Positions 37,310 through 50,353 of a stretch of 64,000 nucleotides of DNA are shown here, one piece after another. This stretch comes from Enoplolaimus lenunculus (taxonomy: Eukaryota), in assembly GCA_030248215.1 (NCBI GenBank), contig JASANG010001409.1:310001-374000 (forward strand), given 5' to 3'. The position numbers and the translations under genes are program-made. The notes under the pieces are model-generated. The model was not told where the DNA came from. It saw only the letters and a program-made list of their open reading frames with translations, and did not search any database. Each line of letters begins with the position of its first letter. Positions within the stretch are counted from its first letter, which is position 1.

Positions 37310-37880
37310 CGCAACCGCGCTATTCGTCACCCGTACGGCGCCGTCCGTCACTCGTACGGCGCCGTCCGTCACTCGTACGGCGCCGTCCGTCACTCGTACG
37401 GCGCCGTCCGTCACTCGTACGGCGCCGTCCGTCACTCGTACGGCGCCGTCCGTCACTCGTACGGCGCCGTCCGTCACTCGTACGGCGCCGTCCGTCACTC
37501 GTACGGCGCCGTCCGTCACTCGTACGGCGCCGTCCGTCACTCGTACGGCGCCGTCCGTCACTCGTACGGCACCGTCCCTCACCCGTACGGCACCGTCCCT
37601 CACCCGTACGACGCCGTCCATTCCCGTACGGCACCGTTTGTCGCTAGTACGGCGCCGTCCGTCACCCGTACGGCACCGTTCCTCACCCGTACGGCGCCGT
37701 CCGTCACTCGTACGGCACCGTCCCTCACCCGTACGGCACCGTTCGTCACCGTGCAGTATCGTACACTAATAAATTCATACGATAACGTATGTGACGGACG
37801 GTGTCGCACAGCGCCGTACGGGTGACGGACGGTGACGAACTGCCCCGCACAAATGAAAAAGGTGACGGACGGCAGCGGTC
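37310..37880 (+). mobile_element. Family L MITE containing a 21-bp tandem array
   Basis: Right end TAGCGCAACCC-TTAA is the reverse complement of the left end of the copy at about 33108; relatives about 45098-45185 and 10395-10480. Confidence 0.7.
37326..37750 (+). repeat. 21-bp GC-rich minisatellite GTCACTCGTACGGCGCCGTCC, about 20 units
   Basis: Direct read; about half the units are identical, and the right-hand units diverge. Confidence 0.95.
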
Positions 37881-38056
37881 GTCAAGTTTAGCGCAACCCT
37901 TAAGAGATACTAAACGGTGGCTATGCTTGGCTTTAGATTTTTGCTTGGTGAAGCAATAGGTATAAATACATTGCATTTTTAAACGACAATAAACAGATAA
38001 ATAAAACTGTGTAAAAACTAATGAAGTGTGTGATTTTATTCTTATCAGCAAAATAA

Positions 38057-38334
38057 TGCCTTATTCACACGTGCAAGTTTTTTGCTACGCGAACGTGCAC
38101 CTGCAACTTGCACTTGTAAGTATTGTCCAAAATCGCGTTCGAAAAACTTGCAGGTGCAGATACTTTATTAAAAATCATAGCTAGGAATTTAGTTCATATA
38201 TGTTTGAATAACCACGCAAGTTCACTGAATTTATTGCACCGCTTTCTCATTGGCTGATGACAAAATGCCAAGTTCTGCGTGCATTTTGTAGCTACAAGTT
38301 CTAGCGGCAAAAGCTTGCACGTGTGAACAGGGCT
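38057..38334 (+). mobile_element. Family K PIF/Harbinger-like MITE (TAA TSD)
   Basis: TAA-TGCCTTATTCACACGTGCAAG...CTTGCACGTGTGAACAGGGCT-TAA. Confidence 0.82.
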
Positions 38335-39530
38335 TAATACAAAGACATAATACTATTACTATAAAGCAGAAAAAATAATTAACACGTTTGCTACTACACT
38401 GTAAATGTCAATGTGTAGATATTAACTCAGAATGAGTTCAATCACTCAGTCTGAGTAAGCGCTACCAGAACTCAGAATTTTGAGTTTCTTTAAGTTATTC
38501 TGAGTTTAATTAATCAATTCACCCAACGTCAACTCAACTGAAACTAAAAATCGACTCAATTCAGTGCGAGTTAATGTTTACTGATACACCAGTAGTTGGA
38601 ACCAAATGTGTTGTACCAAATTTGAACTTTTGAAATATTTGGTTAACGAAATTGCAAAAACTCTATCGCTACTTGAATAATTTTCGCCATTTCTACAAGG
38701 TTTCACAAGCCGAAGGCGTTCCGCCTTAGAAAAGCTTATGGTTTTAGTAAAGAATTAACAATTTTTATGTTTTTTTGTTTCGTTTTCGAATTTAAATTTT
38801 CAGTTTCAGATGACAAATTCGCTGTCAACAACACATCATGCGAAAGTCTTCATGCTTTTTTCAAAACTGTGCGCAGCGTATAACCAAAAGCGGGAGGGGC
38901 AAGCAGGTTTTGACCTAAATCGATCTAAGATTATACTACGGTTAGCCAAATTTGATTGCTGGGTTGAAGTATTAAAACACTGATTGGTTAATTCGTTTTT
39001 AAGCTGTTTTTTATTGGTCAGCCACGTTATCGTACGAGCACTACTGTAAAATGTTGTCGTGTTTTTGACACTGGTCCTAAGTGGGTAGGTGAACAATTTT
39101 TTACAACTATGCGTGCATTATACGCGAATGATGCACTAATTTGTTTTTCGGCAGTGCCGTCGCTATTCGAGATTCCTCGGTAGGTCAATGAAAGCGGAGT
39201 CATTCGCAGATGTTACCGGTAAGATCGTAATTTTCGGGCTGTGGTAAAACTGGTTAGTGGATTAGGGACCACATGACACATGGAACATTATCATGGTGTA
39301 AAAGGGAGCGATGCTTAAAGTTACCCCGGCATCGTTCAAAAACCACAACTTCAAGCCTTGAGCAGTGGTGAAACGGCAAATCAATGGATTTGTGGGAAGC
39401 TCTTTGGTTCGCTGATCTCATGATTTATCTCCAGAGGTAAATACTTCGCGTGTTGTTTAAGGCCGTCAAATTCTTACGGATCAAATGTGCACACTTGGTC
39501 GAATCGTCCCTTTTATGTCATCAACAGGTA

Positions 39531-39970
39531 CTGTAGTGACCCGAATAAGAGGGGGAACTGATATTTATTTGGCCTCTTCAGTGGGTACCCCCCTTGTTAT
39601 TCGGTTACGGACTGTTATTTATTTTAACCCACGCTCCGCCATCCTTCGTTACTGATATATATCCGATACTACATCTATCCGTTGAATTATACGTTTATTT
39701 GTCTTGCGTCACTAGCTTGAGCGATCATGCAAGGTTATACTTAGGAATGTACTTTCAAAATTTACGCTTTAAAGTGTCGAACTCAACTTTTCGTCCTGGA
39801 GTCATTTATGCACTACAAATAGGAATAATTGGCATTTATGGACTCTAATTAAGGTTTAGAGACTCTATCCGCTTACGGACTCTTATTAGGGATACGAATT
39901 CCTATTGATTGTGACTCAAAATGGGAACCTCTTTTTATTACCCCACACCCTCTTATTCGGGTCACTACAG
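39531..39970 (+). mobile_element. Family D MITE (TA TSD, about 24-bp TIR CTGTAGTGACCCGAATAAGAGGG)
   Basis: Perfect TIR and TA flanks, typical of the Tc1/mariner-pogo group. Confidence 0.88.
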
Positions 39971-40388
39971 TATGAGAATTTTCGCGTGTGAAGCGAGCGG
40001 AAGCTAAACACAGTATTGTTTTTACTCAACATATTGGTCTTGCTTATATATTTGGTAAAACTTCAACTTGGAGTTTGTTGTTGAATTAAATATATACTCA
40101 AATGCCATTTGTGGGAGAGCGGAGTCAACAAACATTGCCAGCGAGCTTCGTTTTCATCACTATCCGTTTCAGTTATTTCTACTCACTGCAAAAAATGGTG
40201 AGTCAAATTAACTCTCTCCGAAATATGCTTTTCCGGACTACACAAACTGAGTCAAAATTCGACTCTGACTAGAGAGTCAATTTGACTCACCATTTTTTGC
40301 AGTGTATTCGCCTACATATTGGGTACTAACCAATATATATTGGGCATACGCACCTCTGAATGGACACAAAACCATGGACTGACCGAAG

Positions 40389-40694
40389 GGCCAATGTTAC
40401 TTTTAGGGCGGTAACAGTAGATTAAGCGTATATTCCTACGCCTAAGCCTAAGCCTAACCGTTGCAAAAGCGTACTCCTAAGCCTAAGCCTAAGCATAAGC
40501 CTAAGCCTAAGCCTAAACCTAAGCCTAAGCCTAAGCCTAAGCCTAAGCCTAAGCCTAAGCCTAACCATAAGCCTAAGCCTAAGCCTAAGCCTAAGCCTAC
40601 GCCTAAGCCTAAGCAAAAAATGTAGTCTAGAATGTATGCCTTCTGTTTTACAGACCAACCAGAAACCGGGACGGCCCTAAAAGTAACATGGACC
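40389..40694 (+). mobile_element. Family A2 MITE with long near-pure TAAGCC tract
   Basis: A2 ends; hexamer tract about 40476-40614. Confidence 0.88.
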
Positions 40695-41619
40695 GGCTGA
40701 AATCTGGTTTTGCGTTTGCCAGTTTATGTCATTCATTGGCTCACAGATCGGTATGTTTACAAACGACGTTACCCGGTCTTCAGAGTGTTCTACGATCAAT
40801 CTTGTTCTCAATTTTTTTATATTTTTCCTTTGTTTCGCATTCCGCAATGTCTTAATTGCTACGATTACAACATTAAAATAGGGGCGCATTTGAACGGATA
40901 CACAAGACAAACACTGCTAGTAAAAGGTATCCATGAAGCAAAAATGAGCATGGTACAGGGACGTAGCCAAGGTTTTATTTCTGGAAGGCATAGTTTTAAG
41001 TTAAAGCCCTATTGACACATGCAAATTTATGCAACAAAAACTTGCACTTGCAACTTGCATGTGCTAGTTTGGTCACAAAGTAGCTTTGAAGTGCTTGCAG
41101 CGGTAAATGATTCACTGGAATTCATGATATTGAATTTAATTCGCACCTGTAAACGCAGTTGCAAATCGGTTCAATTTCTTGCGTCTGCAGTTTGATTGGT
41201 CAATCGAAATGTTCCTTTCTGTAAAAATGACTGTTTCCAAAGACTCATCACAAAATCATACCCTCTGCAAAATCGGTCCCTGGCTACAAAAATTTAAAAA
41301 ATAAAATTAAATTTTTATTGCTAATTCTGAAAAAGACTTTATCTGTATTATAATTTGAAATCGACATCCAATTGTAAATAATCTGTCGGTTTTTCGTTTT
41401 ATCTGTGTAACAATCGAGTAGAGGGTCGTAATTCTAGATTAAGCATATTTCTAAGCCCACCCGTAAGAGTAAAAATAAGTGTTAATCTTAAGTGTAAGCT
41501 TAAACTTAAACCTAAGCACAATATAGCCTAAAATTTGATATAACACTATTACAGTGGTGCGAGAAAATGTGACGCTCCTAAAAGTAACATGGTTTATCTT
41601 CGTAATTGTAAAGCACATG

Positions 41620-41823
41620 GGTCCATGTATCGAACAAGACCGTATTGTTTTCTGGAGGGACTGTAATACAGTCAGTTTAAGCTTTAGACTAAATTTTTTG
41701 CTTAGACGTAGTCTTAGGTTTAGGCTTATGAATAGGCTCATCCTTACGTTTACGCTTTAGGATTACGCTCAGGCTTACAAATATGCTTAGACCACAGTTC
41801 GGGCCCTTTTCTACACCTGGGCC
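41620..41823 (-). mobile_element. Family A3 MITE (a degenerate A-type copy lies just upstream, about 41420-41592)
   Basis: TSD AGCACATG/AGCATATG. Confidence 0.8.
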
Positions 41824-42384
41824 AGCATATGGAAGAATTATCCAGTTCGCCACGGGTACCAGGTAGATATATATTGCCCGAAATTTTTATATCCACAGAA
41901 ACGCACATTTAACAGACTGTAACGGCTAAAATTTTTACTCGCTAGATTTCACTTCGACAAGTCATCTTCTTATGTAAAATTGTTTCTCGTACGCTATGAT
42001 CGCTCGTGAAAACTTTTACAAAAGGAGATGGCTTGTCAAAGTGAAACCGTGGTCCGTAGCCTAAGAAGGGCCGCGGGGGGGCGGGCTTAGACCATTCAAT
42101 CTTTAAGAATTTTTGCCGCTACCCAGAATGTTTTCAACTTGGCTTGCAAGTCATCGAAAACCTCACTATGTGCCCCTCCTGGAAAATGTTTAGCTTCCCC
42201 TCACAAGGTGAGCTGGCTATGGGCTTGTATGAAACTAAATGACTCGGCATCGCCTACAATTAGGGCCTCATATCTGACGCTCGTCATGAACAGCGCATTC
42301 ATGTCACTATAATCCTCGATGGACTTAACCAACGAGTTATCGTTTGTTTACCCTTTACCAAATCCAAACGGTAATGAATCATTT

Positions 42385-42592
42385 GGCCAATGTAAAGAAC
42401 AGGGGCGGAACAATATTATAAGCATATTCCTAAGCCTAAACCCTAAACCTAAGCCTAAGCGTAAGAATGAGCATATTGTTAAGTCTAAGCCTAAACCTTT
42501 GCCAAACAAAAAAATTAGTCTAAAGCTTATAACTTACTCTATTTGCAGTCCCACAGAAAAAAATTTCCGCCCCTGAGATATTTACGTGGGCC
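42385..42592 (+). mobile_element. Family A1 MITE
   Basis: Consensus ends GGCCAATGTAAAGAACAGGGGCGG...CCGCCCCTGAGATATTTACGTGGGCC. Confidence 0.88.
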
Positions 42593-43053
42593 AGTAGTCA
42601 TTTTATGGTTGCCATTAAATAGCGCCGTGCGTAGGCGGATCACAGAGATAGTCAAAGTAAATAAAACGTCACGATTTGGTTTGAACCTTCGCTTGCTTTT
42701 ATCTGATAAGCACCTTTTTAGCATGGCGTAGCCTGAATTTCAGTTTGAATAATCTTTGGGAAGGCCTGTATGACGAGTGAGCACAGCGTTAAACAGAAGC
42801 GGTGTCATTTGTACTGTAGTGACCCGAAACCGATGAGCAGAGGTGGCTAATATTTATTTTGCTGCTAATCGCTCCTAGATTTTACATGAGATATATCCTT
42901 CAGGACGGCTGGAGTGTCCATACCCTTGAAAATCCATAAAACTCCTTCAAAACCCTGCAATTCAAATGTTAGCCTTGAAACACCTTTAATTTAGCTGACA
43001 TCATTTGAACAAGCGTTGAATTTGGTTATTCACTACACGTTGTTAGCTGGTCT

Positions 43054-43255
43054 GTCACATGTGAAGATCAGGATCATGAACGTTTTTCTGTTAAACTAGG
43101 AAAGAGTAAACTTAAGCTTTAGACTAATTTTTTGCTTGGCTTAGGCTTAGGTGTAGGCTTACGAATATGCTCATTCTTGCGCTTCGGTTTAGGTTTAGGT
43201 TTAGGCTTACGAATATGCTTGTAATATTGTTGCGCTCCTGTTGTTTACATTGGCC
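43054..43255 (-). mobile_element. Family A1 MITE
   Basis: TSD GCTGGTCT/GTTGGTCT. Confidence 0.85.
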
Positions 43256-43719
43256 GTTGGTCTCAACATTCTTCTTTGTTATATTCTTTCTTTTGGGCAG
43301 AACGGTGTTGCTTTGAACCTTTGTTGATTGCCATGACCCTTAATCCTTTTTCAGGATTTAGTAAACTTTATATGGTTCACTTTAGTGACTATTTAAAGTT
43401 TGAGCAGTGTAATCAATCCTGCTGTAGTCTTTTTATGGACTCTAATTAAGATTTATAGTTACACTCTATCCACTAACGGACTCTTATTAGGGATACAGAC
43501 TCCTATTAATTTTGCCTCAAATTAGGATCACGTTTTCTTAACCCTATTCGGGTGACTACGCAGTAGCGGGAAGAAAGTTATTTTGAAAACCTATTTCTGG
43601 TCGTTTTTTGTGGATTTTTTGGATCATATGTCTTTACGTTGGCAAGACCGCACGTGAATTGTTTGAAACGCTCCGTGTTAACTCCTGGCAGCATCCTCCC
43701 TAGATATAGCGGCTTCAGG

Positions 43720-44076
43720 CAAGGTGCAACCGGAGGTGAACAATGCCGGAGCCGGAGGTCAACGAAACTTGCTGGAGCCGGAGGTGAGGCGAAATTAGGT
43801 AGTAAAAATGATGGTTAATTAGTTAATTTTAGCCAACATCTGCAATATGTTGTTATGTTGTTTGGTTTTACGCTAATTTCATGGCGAAATTTCACAAATT
43901 CTTCCTTGAAAATTGTGACAAAACTAAAACGATACGCGCTAAACAGATTAATTTTGCAAAATTATGCAAAATTTTACCACCGAAATTGCCGGAACCTCCG
44001 GCAAAAATTATGCCGGAGCCGGAAGCCGATTTTCTGCCGGAGCCGGAGCTGGAGGCTGACCTCCGGTTGTACCATG
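43720..44076 (+). mobile_element. G-related hAT-like element with GCCGGA repeats
   Basis: CAAGGTGCAACCGGAGGT...ACCTCCGGTTGTACCATG; TSD GCTTCAGG/GCTTCAGA. Confidence 0.8.
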
Positions 44077-44836
44077 GCTTCAGAGTATATCCGAAATTGC
44101 ACTGCAAGACTACTACTATTTTTCTGACCTACTTGTCATTGAAAACAAGTTCATTGTAAATTCCAATGACTTGATTATTCAATTCAGACAGCGAATTAGT
44201 CGTTTCTGGTTATTTCTAAATTATCAGGGAACACCTCACCTCGCTCTGAGTTGATTTAATTCAGGGTCAGTTGATTAATTCACTCAGACTCAGTTCCAAC
44301 AATTCAGAATTCTGAGTTCTAGAAACACCTAATTCTAAAGCTCACGCTTCTGAGCGGATTCAACTCATTCTGAGTTAAAATTAACTCACTGGAATGTACA
44401 GTGTTCGTTTTGAACCTTCGTACGCAAAAGCCTTTATCACAAATAATTAAAAGTTAACTCAGGCGGTATGATCCAGTATTAAATCCTCGAGAGCTAAATT
44501 TGATAGTTTTAAAGGTTCATTCGCGAAACGTCCCATACGTCAAGCTCTTAATACCCCTACACTTATCCCTGAGAATAACCAAAAAATATCGAAACCTCCT
44601 GGTGTTCCCAAAGATTAATAAACGAGTTCAGTTACGTCACCCGGTCCCAGTGTGTGGCACCGATTAGAAACACCTTATAAGTAAAAAACCGGATATCCAT
44701 GAGGTTAGGAAACCGGAAATTAAACAAAATGCATTGCAACTTTTATTAATATTCCCATTTCTGCTGTCCAGTTTATAATTTCGTCAGTCACCATTACTGG
44801 GTATTTTGCGTGAAATTTCATTGTGTTCCGGTTATC

Positions 44837-45031
44837 GGCCAATGTACAGAACAGGGCCGGATCGTTTTCCGGCGGGGCTGTAACAGAGTCAGTTTTAGCT
44901 TTAGACTACACTTTTTGTTTAGACTTAAGCTTAGGCTCACGAATATCCTCATCCTTACACTTATGCTTAATAGGCTTAGGTTTAGAAATATGCTTATATT
45001 ACTGTTCCGGTCCTGTTCTATACATGGAGCC
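44837..45031 (-). mobile_element. Family A3 MITE
   Basis: Inverted ends AGAACAGGGCCGGA / TCCGGTCCTGTTCT. Confidence 0.8.
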
Positions 45032-45261
45032 GCTTTTCTATTTCCATACAGCGGAACAATCGTGGATCGTTTGGGGCCGCCGGCGCCGAGCGTATGATTA
45101 AGGGTTCGTTTGACGCACGGTGACGGACGACGCCGTATGGGTGACGGACGGCGCCGGACGTCAACAAAAGTAAGCGCAATCCTAATTTATTTATAAAATA
45201 ATGTTAGTACATACTTAACGATTATTCAATAAAACCAATGCTTTAGTCTAACAGAAAACAT

Positions 45262-45493
45262 GGCCCATGTTACTTTTAGAACCGTCTCGGATTCTGGTGG
45301 GTCTGTAAAAGAGTAGGCTTATCCATTCTAGACTACATTTTGTTTGCTTTAGGCTTAGACTTAAACTAAGGGTTAGGAATAGCTTTTGCAACACTTTTAG
45401 GCTTAGGCTTAGCTTCGGAATAGCTTTTGCAACGCTTAGGCTTAGGCTTAGAAATATGCTTAATCTACTGCGGCCCTAAAAGTAACATTGGCC
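45262..45493 (-). mobile_element. Family A2 MITE
   Basis: TSD GAAAACAT/GAAAGCAT. Confidence 0.88.
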
Positions 45494-46473
45494 GAAAGCA
45501 TATTGGATTGGGGGTTGACACTTGGCCCATTCCACTTTCGGTCTACCACTGTATTACAGTTTTATATATCACATATACAATAATGTATTTATGCCGCTAT
45601 TGGAATTGGTTGGTTAGGTTTGACCCAATTATACGACCAGATTGAACAATTTCTGGTTTAGCAACGTTAATTTAATATTAGTCAAGTGCAACAGTTTAGT
45701 TTTGTGTTTATGTTGTTTTAAACACAGCCGAATCTCAATGCTTTTGATGCAGTCAAAATCTCTATTAAAAACGGCTTTATTTTAAATTTGAAACTGCAAA
45801 ACTTTTAAGTAAAAAACGGTTTAAGAAATTAAAATATCGGTTAATAATATAAAAATTGGATATGAAAATATTAAAATTTCCTATAAAAATTTCAAAATTG
45901 TTTTTAAAACATTGAAAAATGCTTTTTGAATTGTGAAAAATTACCTTAAAAATTAACGAAGTTGTTTCAAAAGTTTAGGAAATTGATTTAAAATTATTTT
46001 GTTTTGTGCTTTTGTTCGGAATAAAAATGGTTACAAACCGAATCACAGTGCTTTTGTTGCAGACAAAATCGCTCCATTAAGAGCGATTTTATTAAAATTT
46101 GAAACTGCAAAGCTCTTATTTTACTAAAAAAATGGTTTTTTAAAAAAACGTAAAAAAATTGGTTAAAAAATTTCAAAATTTGCAATAAAAATTATTACAT
46201 TGTTTTTAAAAGTTAAAAAATGTTTTTAAATTTAAAAAATTACCATAAATATTAACAAATAGTGCAAAATCTCTACAAGACGTGAGAGCCCTTTCGGGCT
46301 CGAGCGTCACGCTCCTATGGCTCAGTGGTTATAGTAAACGCCTCCCATCCGAGAGACTGGGGATCGAATCTTAACTTTAAATAGCATTTCATATGAAATT
46401 GAAAATATTCATGTGAAAAGGGTTAAATCGTTTAACAACATTGTCTCTAAATTCATCAAGCAATGTTGGGTTA

Positions 46474-46731
46474 AGCCCTATTCATTCGTGTAAAGTTTTT
46501 CCTGCGATAACTTGCAGCTGCAACTTGTACTTGCAAGTTTTGTCCAAAATCCAGTTCACAAAGCTTGGAGCTGCAAAAATTCACTAAAAATTATAGCTTG
46601 GAATTTAGTTTACATGTGTGAACAATCTTGCAAGTTTACTGAATTTATTGCAATTAATGGCTGATGAAAAAATGCAAGTTCTGTGTCCAATTTGCAGCTG
46701 CAAATTCTCACAGCGTGTGTCGAAGAGGGCT
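46474..46731 (+). mobile_element. Family K MITE (fragments also about 41004-41200, 25885-25975)
   Basis: TTA TSD; collinear with 38057-38334. Confidence 0.8.
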
Positions 46732-47244
46732 TTAGAAAATGAAGGTGAACTTCTGATGCAACTGTAATGATACACATATGGCTACAAAAAATTTACCAAG
46801 AATTTGTTGACAAATTTCATGAAAAATTACAATAATTTTCGAACGTTAAACTTTTGACGGCTGATAATTACCGATTATTGTTTTTCTTATCCAAGCAATC
46901 ATTAGCTACAAATTTTTCACGAATAATTTATTCACCACAGCATAGAGGCAGATTCAGACATTTCTAACCAATGGAGTGCTGGTAAACGTTATGATTATGC
47001 TACATACACGTATGCGACAATTTTCTGACAGGTAAAAAGTTGTAATTACCATTTTATACCAAAAAACTTTTCTAACGGGTGGCGTACGCCCCTCGTTTTT
47101 CCTGTGGATCCACTAGTGCATCATACTGATGTTTTAATGCGATTGTAAGCCAAATATTGCTATTTTTGGTATCATTCCAAGCTTAAACCTAAGCCAGAAC
47201 TCATGCGTCATTCAAATCCGATACCAAATCCTAAGGAAGTCTTA

Positions 47245-47921
47245 TGCGGGGTTCACGTTATTACTGGGGCAGCCTGGAACACGTTTTGTCCCTATGACTA
47301 TAGCTGGTAACATTTTGTCTGACCGTTTATCCGCTATGAGATACAAAAATTTGAATTGTCTGCTATCCTGAAGTGACATCTACTGTTTGTACTGCAATAT
47401 CATATGATATTCCAAATATTGTCTGCGAGTATCATACGATATGTTTGAAAATGTCTGCAAAGTTGTGGTAAACTAGCTTGACTGTTCTGTAAAATGTCAT
47501 ATGATACTAAAATTTCAAATTTGAATTATTTGTACTTAGGAATATATTTTGGGAAAAACTTAGCGAGAAACAGAAACGTAGAAGCTAATTCAACTTGCGA
47601 AATCATTTATGCTGCATTTCCGAATTTTTACTGTTTTATTTAGCGTGCACAAATTCCATTGCCCTGTATAAATATCATATGATATTTAGTAGAATTTTGG
47701 AATATCATATGATATTCGCATAAATGTCCCGCAGTATCATATAACAAATGGTTATTTGTATACGATGATCGCTTGACATCAGTGATTTGTAAGCCAATGT
47801 CATATGACATTCACATTTTGTCTACATAACCGCTATTCGGATCACAAAATTTTATGTTGACGTCGAATCAACTTGGACAAAACGTGTTCCAAGCTGCCCC
47901 AGTTATAACGTGAACGCCGCA
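47245..47921. mobile_element. Family J PIF/Harbinger-like element (TTA TSD, about 45-bp TIR)
   Basis: TTA-TGCGGGGTTCACGTTA...TAACGTGAACGCCGCA-TTA; internal ATCATATGAT palindromes. Confidence 0.82.
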
Positions 47922-48076
47922 TTATGTGGAAGAAAAGAGCATTAAACAAGTACCGCCCATGCGTTCCTATCAAATTACCGACAACTAATATAGTTTTGCT
48001 CGGAGGTGACGACTTCCGAAGTGTATTTCGGACTCCAAACCCAACCCCTTTGTAGCCACTCACTATTAGATGTTTT

Positions 48077-48273
48077 GGCCAATGTAACGAACAGGGGCGG
48101 AACAGGCTTATACACATATTCATAAGCCTAAGCCTAAGCCTAAGCGTAAGAATGAGCATATTCTTAAACCTAAGCTTAAACTTTAGCCAACCAAAACAAA
48201 TTAGTCTAAAGCTTAAACTTACTCTATTGCAGTACCACAGAAAAACGTTCCGCTCTTGATCGTTACATAGGCT
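48077..48273 (+). mobile_element. Family A1 MITE
   Basis: Consensus ends; partial TSD GATGTTTT/GATGTGAT. Confidence 0.85.
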
Positions 48274-48554
48274 GATGTGATGTACTTAAATTAAGGTTAA
48301 ATAAATCTGCTTTTCAACCAAGTGAGTCTTATTCTTAAAAATACAGTTTCTATTTTTTACATATTTTTTGTTGTGTTTGCGATTTCAGGTAAATAAAAGA
48401 CATTCGATCAAGCTAAAAAAATTTGATTTGTTATATACTGAGCAGTTGTTTTTTCTGTAAAATTAAACTTTTAAAACAAGGACACAATGGTTGTAGGGTT
48501 TTCAGGGCACAAAATTGAAAACATGACTACTAAAATGACTGTCCGCTTTTTAAA

Positions 48555-48680
48555 TGTTTGTCAGTCAAGGTAGAAACCAGGACGTCAGACCTTTTAACTA
48601 AGCAGCTGGAAAAGCGGGGTGCGGGTGGTTTCAAACTAGCGACCTTTGGATTCCGAGGCAGATTACAACCGCTGAACGAC
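48555..48680 (-). mobile_element. tRNA-derived SINE-like element (same core as 5717-5860)
   Basis: Reverse complement reads GTCGTTCAGCGG...AGTTTGAAACC...CGCTTTTCCAGCTGCTTAGTTAAAAGGTCTGA...CTACCTTGACTGACA. Confidence 0.6.
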
Positions 48681-48713
48681 ATAGGAACAATATTGTATGT
48701 ACCTACTGCAGTA

Positions 48714-49161
48714 CTGCAGTGACCCGAATAAGAGGGGTTACTGATATTTATTTGGACTCTCTAGAGGGTACACCCCCTGTTATTCGGTTACGGACTGTTA
48801 TTTATCTTCAACCAGCCCTCCGCCACCCTTCGTTACTGCTATATATCCGGTATTACAACTATCCGTTGTATGAAACGTTTTTTTGCCTTACATCAAAAGC
48901 TTGAGCGATATCGCAAGGTTATGCTTAGTATTAATGTACTTTCAAAACTTAAGTATGCTTTAGAATTTCGAACTCAACAATATTTGATCCTGGAGTCATT
49001 TATCCGCTACAATTAGGGATAATTGACATTTATCGACTCTAATTAGGGTGTATGGACTGTATCCGCTCACGGACTCTAATTAGGGATACCGACTCCTATG
49101 GATTGGGACTCAAAATGGGGACCCTCTCTTATTACTCCCAACCTTATTCGGGTCACTACAG
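48714..49161 (+). mobile_element. Family D MITE
   Basis: TA-flanked; collinear with 39531-39970. Fragment also about 43430-43560. Confidence 0.88.
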
Positions 49162-49629
49162 TACATGTACAATGTAACGATACATACTGTTACATGCGTC
49201 TAAAATTTGTGTATTTTGTAGTTTCCATGTTATTAGGATGACATTTCAGTTTAATCACTCTAGGAAATCAGGCTAATGTGGGCCAGAGTTCGTCCATCAC
49301 GCCAACCGATTTTAATTGGATACAAGTCTGGGCCATGGTTTTCAATGGCTATCATTAATTGTTAAGTTTAATGCTTATATTTATCTCATTTCTAAAAACT
49401 GTTAATTTAAGGAATACTTGTGATGTTGTATTTTAATTATATTCAGATTACAAGAAAATATTTTGTAAAAAAACCAAGTTCTGCCGAAGTTACTAAACAG
49501 AAAAGTCACTATGATTACTACCTACACCTTGTTGAATTAATTGTATATACGATTTTTGTTTGATTTTTAATATAAAGTTTCACGAGATGCAGTTGATAAT
49601 ACGGCTCATGGCTAAGTGTTACACACTGG

Positions 49630-50325
49630 GGCCAATGTAAAAACAGAGGTGGAACAGTATTATGAGTCATCCACGTTAAAATGCACGCGCCGATGTAAAA
49701 AATGTTCCACCCACCCCATTAAGAACACCATCGAAATACACATACTAGCTGGAGGCAAGGTACAGTTTCATAGCTGTAATTAGGTAGTGTTAATTGTCCA
49801 GACTCTGTCGGAAGGGACTCTGGATAAATACATGTTGTCTGTAGGATGTCAGGACATTATGTTAGCACACGCGCACACATTGAAAAACACCCACTGTGCA
49901 CACATATTCACACACAGAATTCAGCGCAAAAAATTGAGTCCCTTCCGAGGGACTATGGACAATAACGTTCCCGATAATGATGTCAGGACAAGTATATATT
50001 TATGCCTAGAGCACATTCATTGTCTAAACGTTCAGACAATGACATATTGACATCTCAGACAGTGTATAAAGAGGGCGGGTAGGGACAACGCGGGCACCCA
50101 AAAGGGAGGGACATTTTTTACAAATGTGCGTGCATTTTAACGTGGATGACCCATTATAAGCATATTCCTAAGCCTAAGCCTAAGCCTAAGCCTAAGCGTA
50201 TAAGAATGAGCATATTCTTAAGCCTAAGCCTAAACGTTAGCCAAGCAAAAAATTAGTCTAAAGCTTAAGCTTAGTCTATTGCAGTCCCACAGAAAAACTT
50301 TCCACCTCTGATCTTTACATGAGCC
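49630..50325 (+). mobile_element. Family A1 MITE with nested family M element
   Basis: Perfect TSD CACACTGG. Confidence 0.92.
49664..50152. mobile_element. Family M element (G(A/G)GTCATCCACGT TIR) nested in A1
   Basis: About 40-bp imperfect TIR; duplication of TTA or ATTAT in the host. Related ends at about 28690-28810, 36869-36992, 39040-39135. Confidence 0.82.
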
Positions 50326-50353
50326 CACACTGGTGAGAATATCACACCGGCAG

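Noticed and set aside
37229..37809. Repetitive ORFs (VRVTDGA)n, or a CRISPR-like array
   Set aside because: Head-to-tail 21-bp repeat with no unique spacers and no cas genes, in a eukaryotic context.
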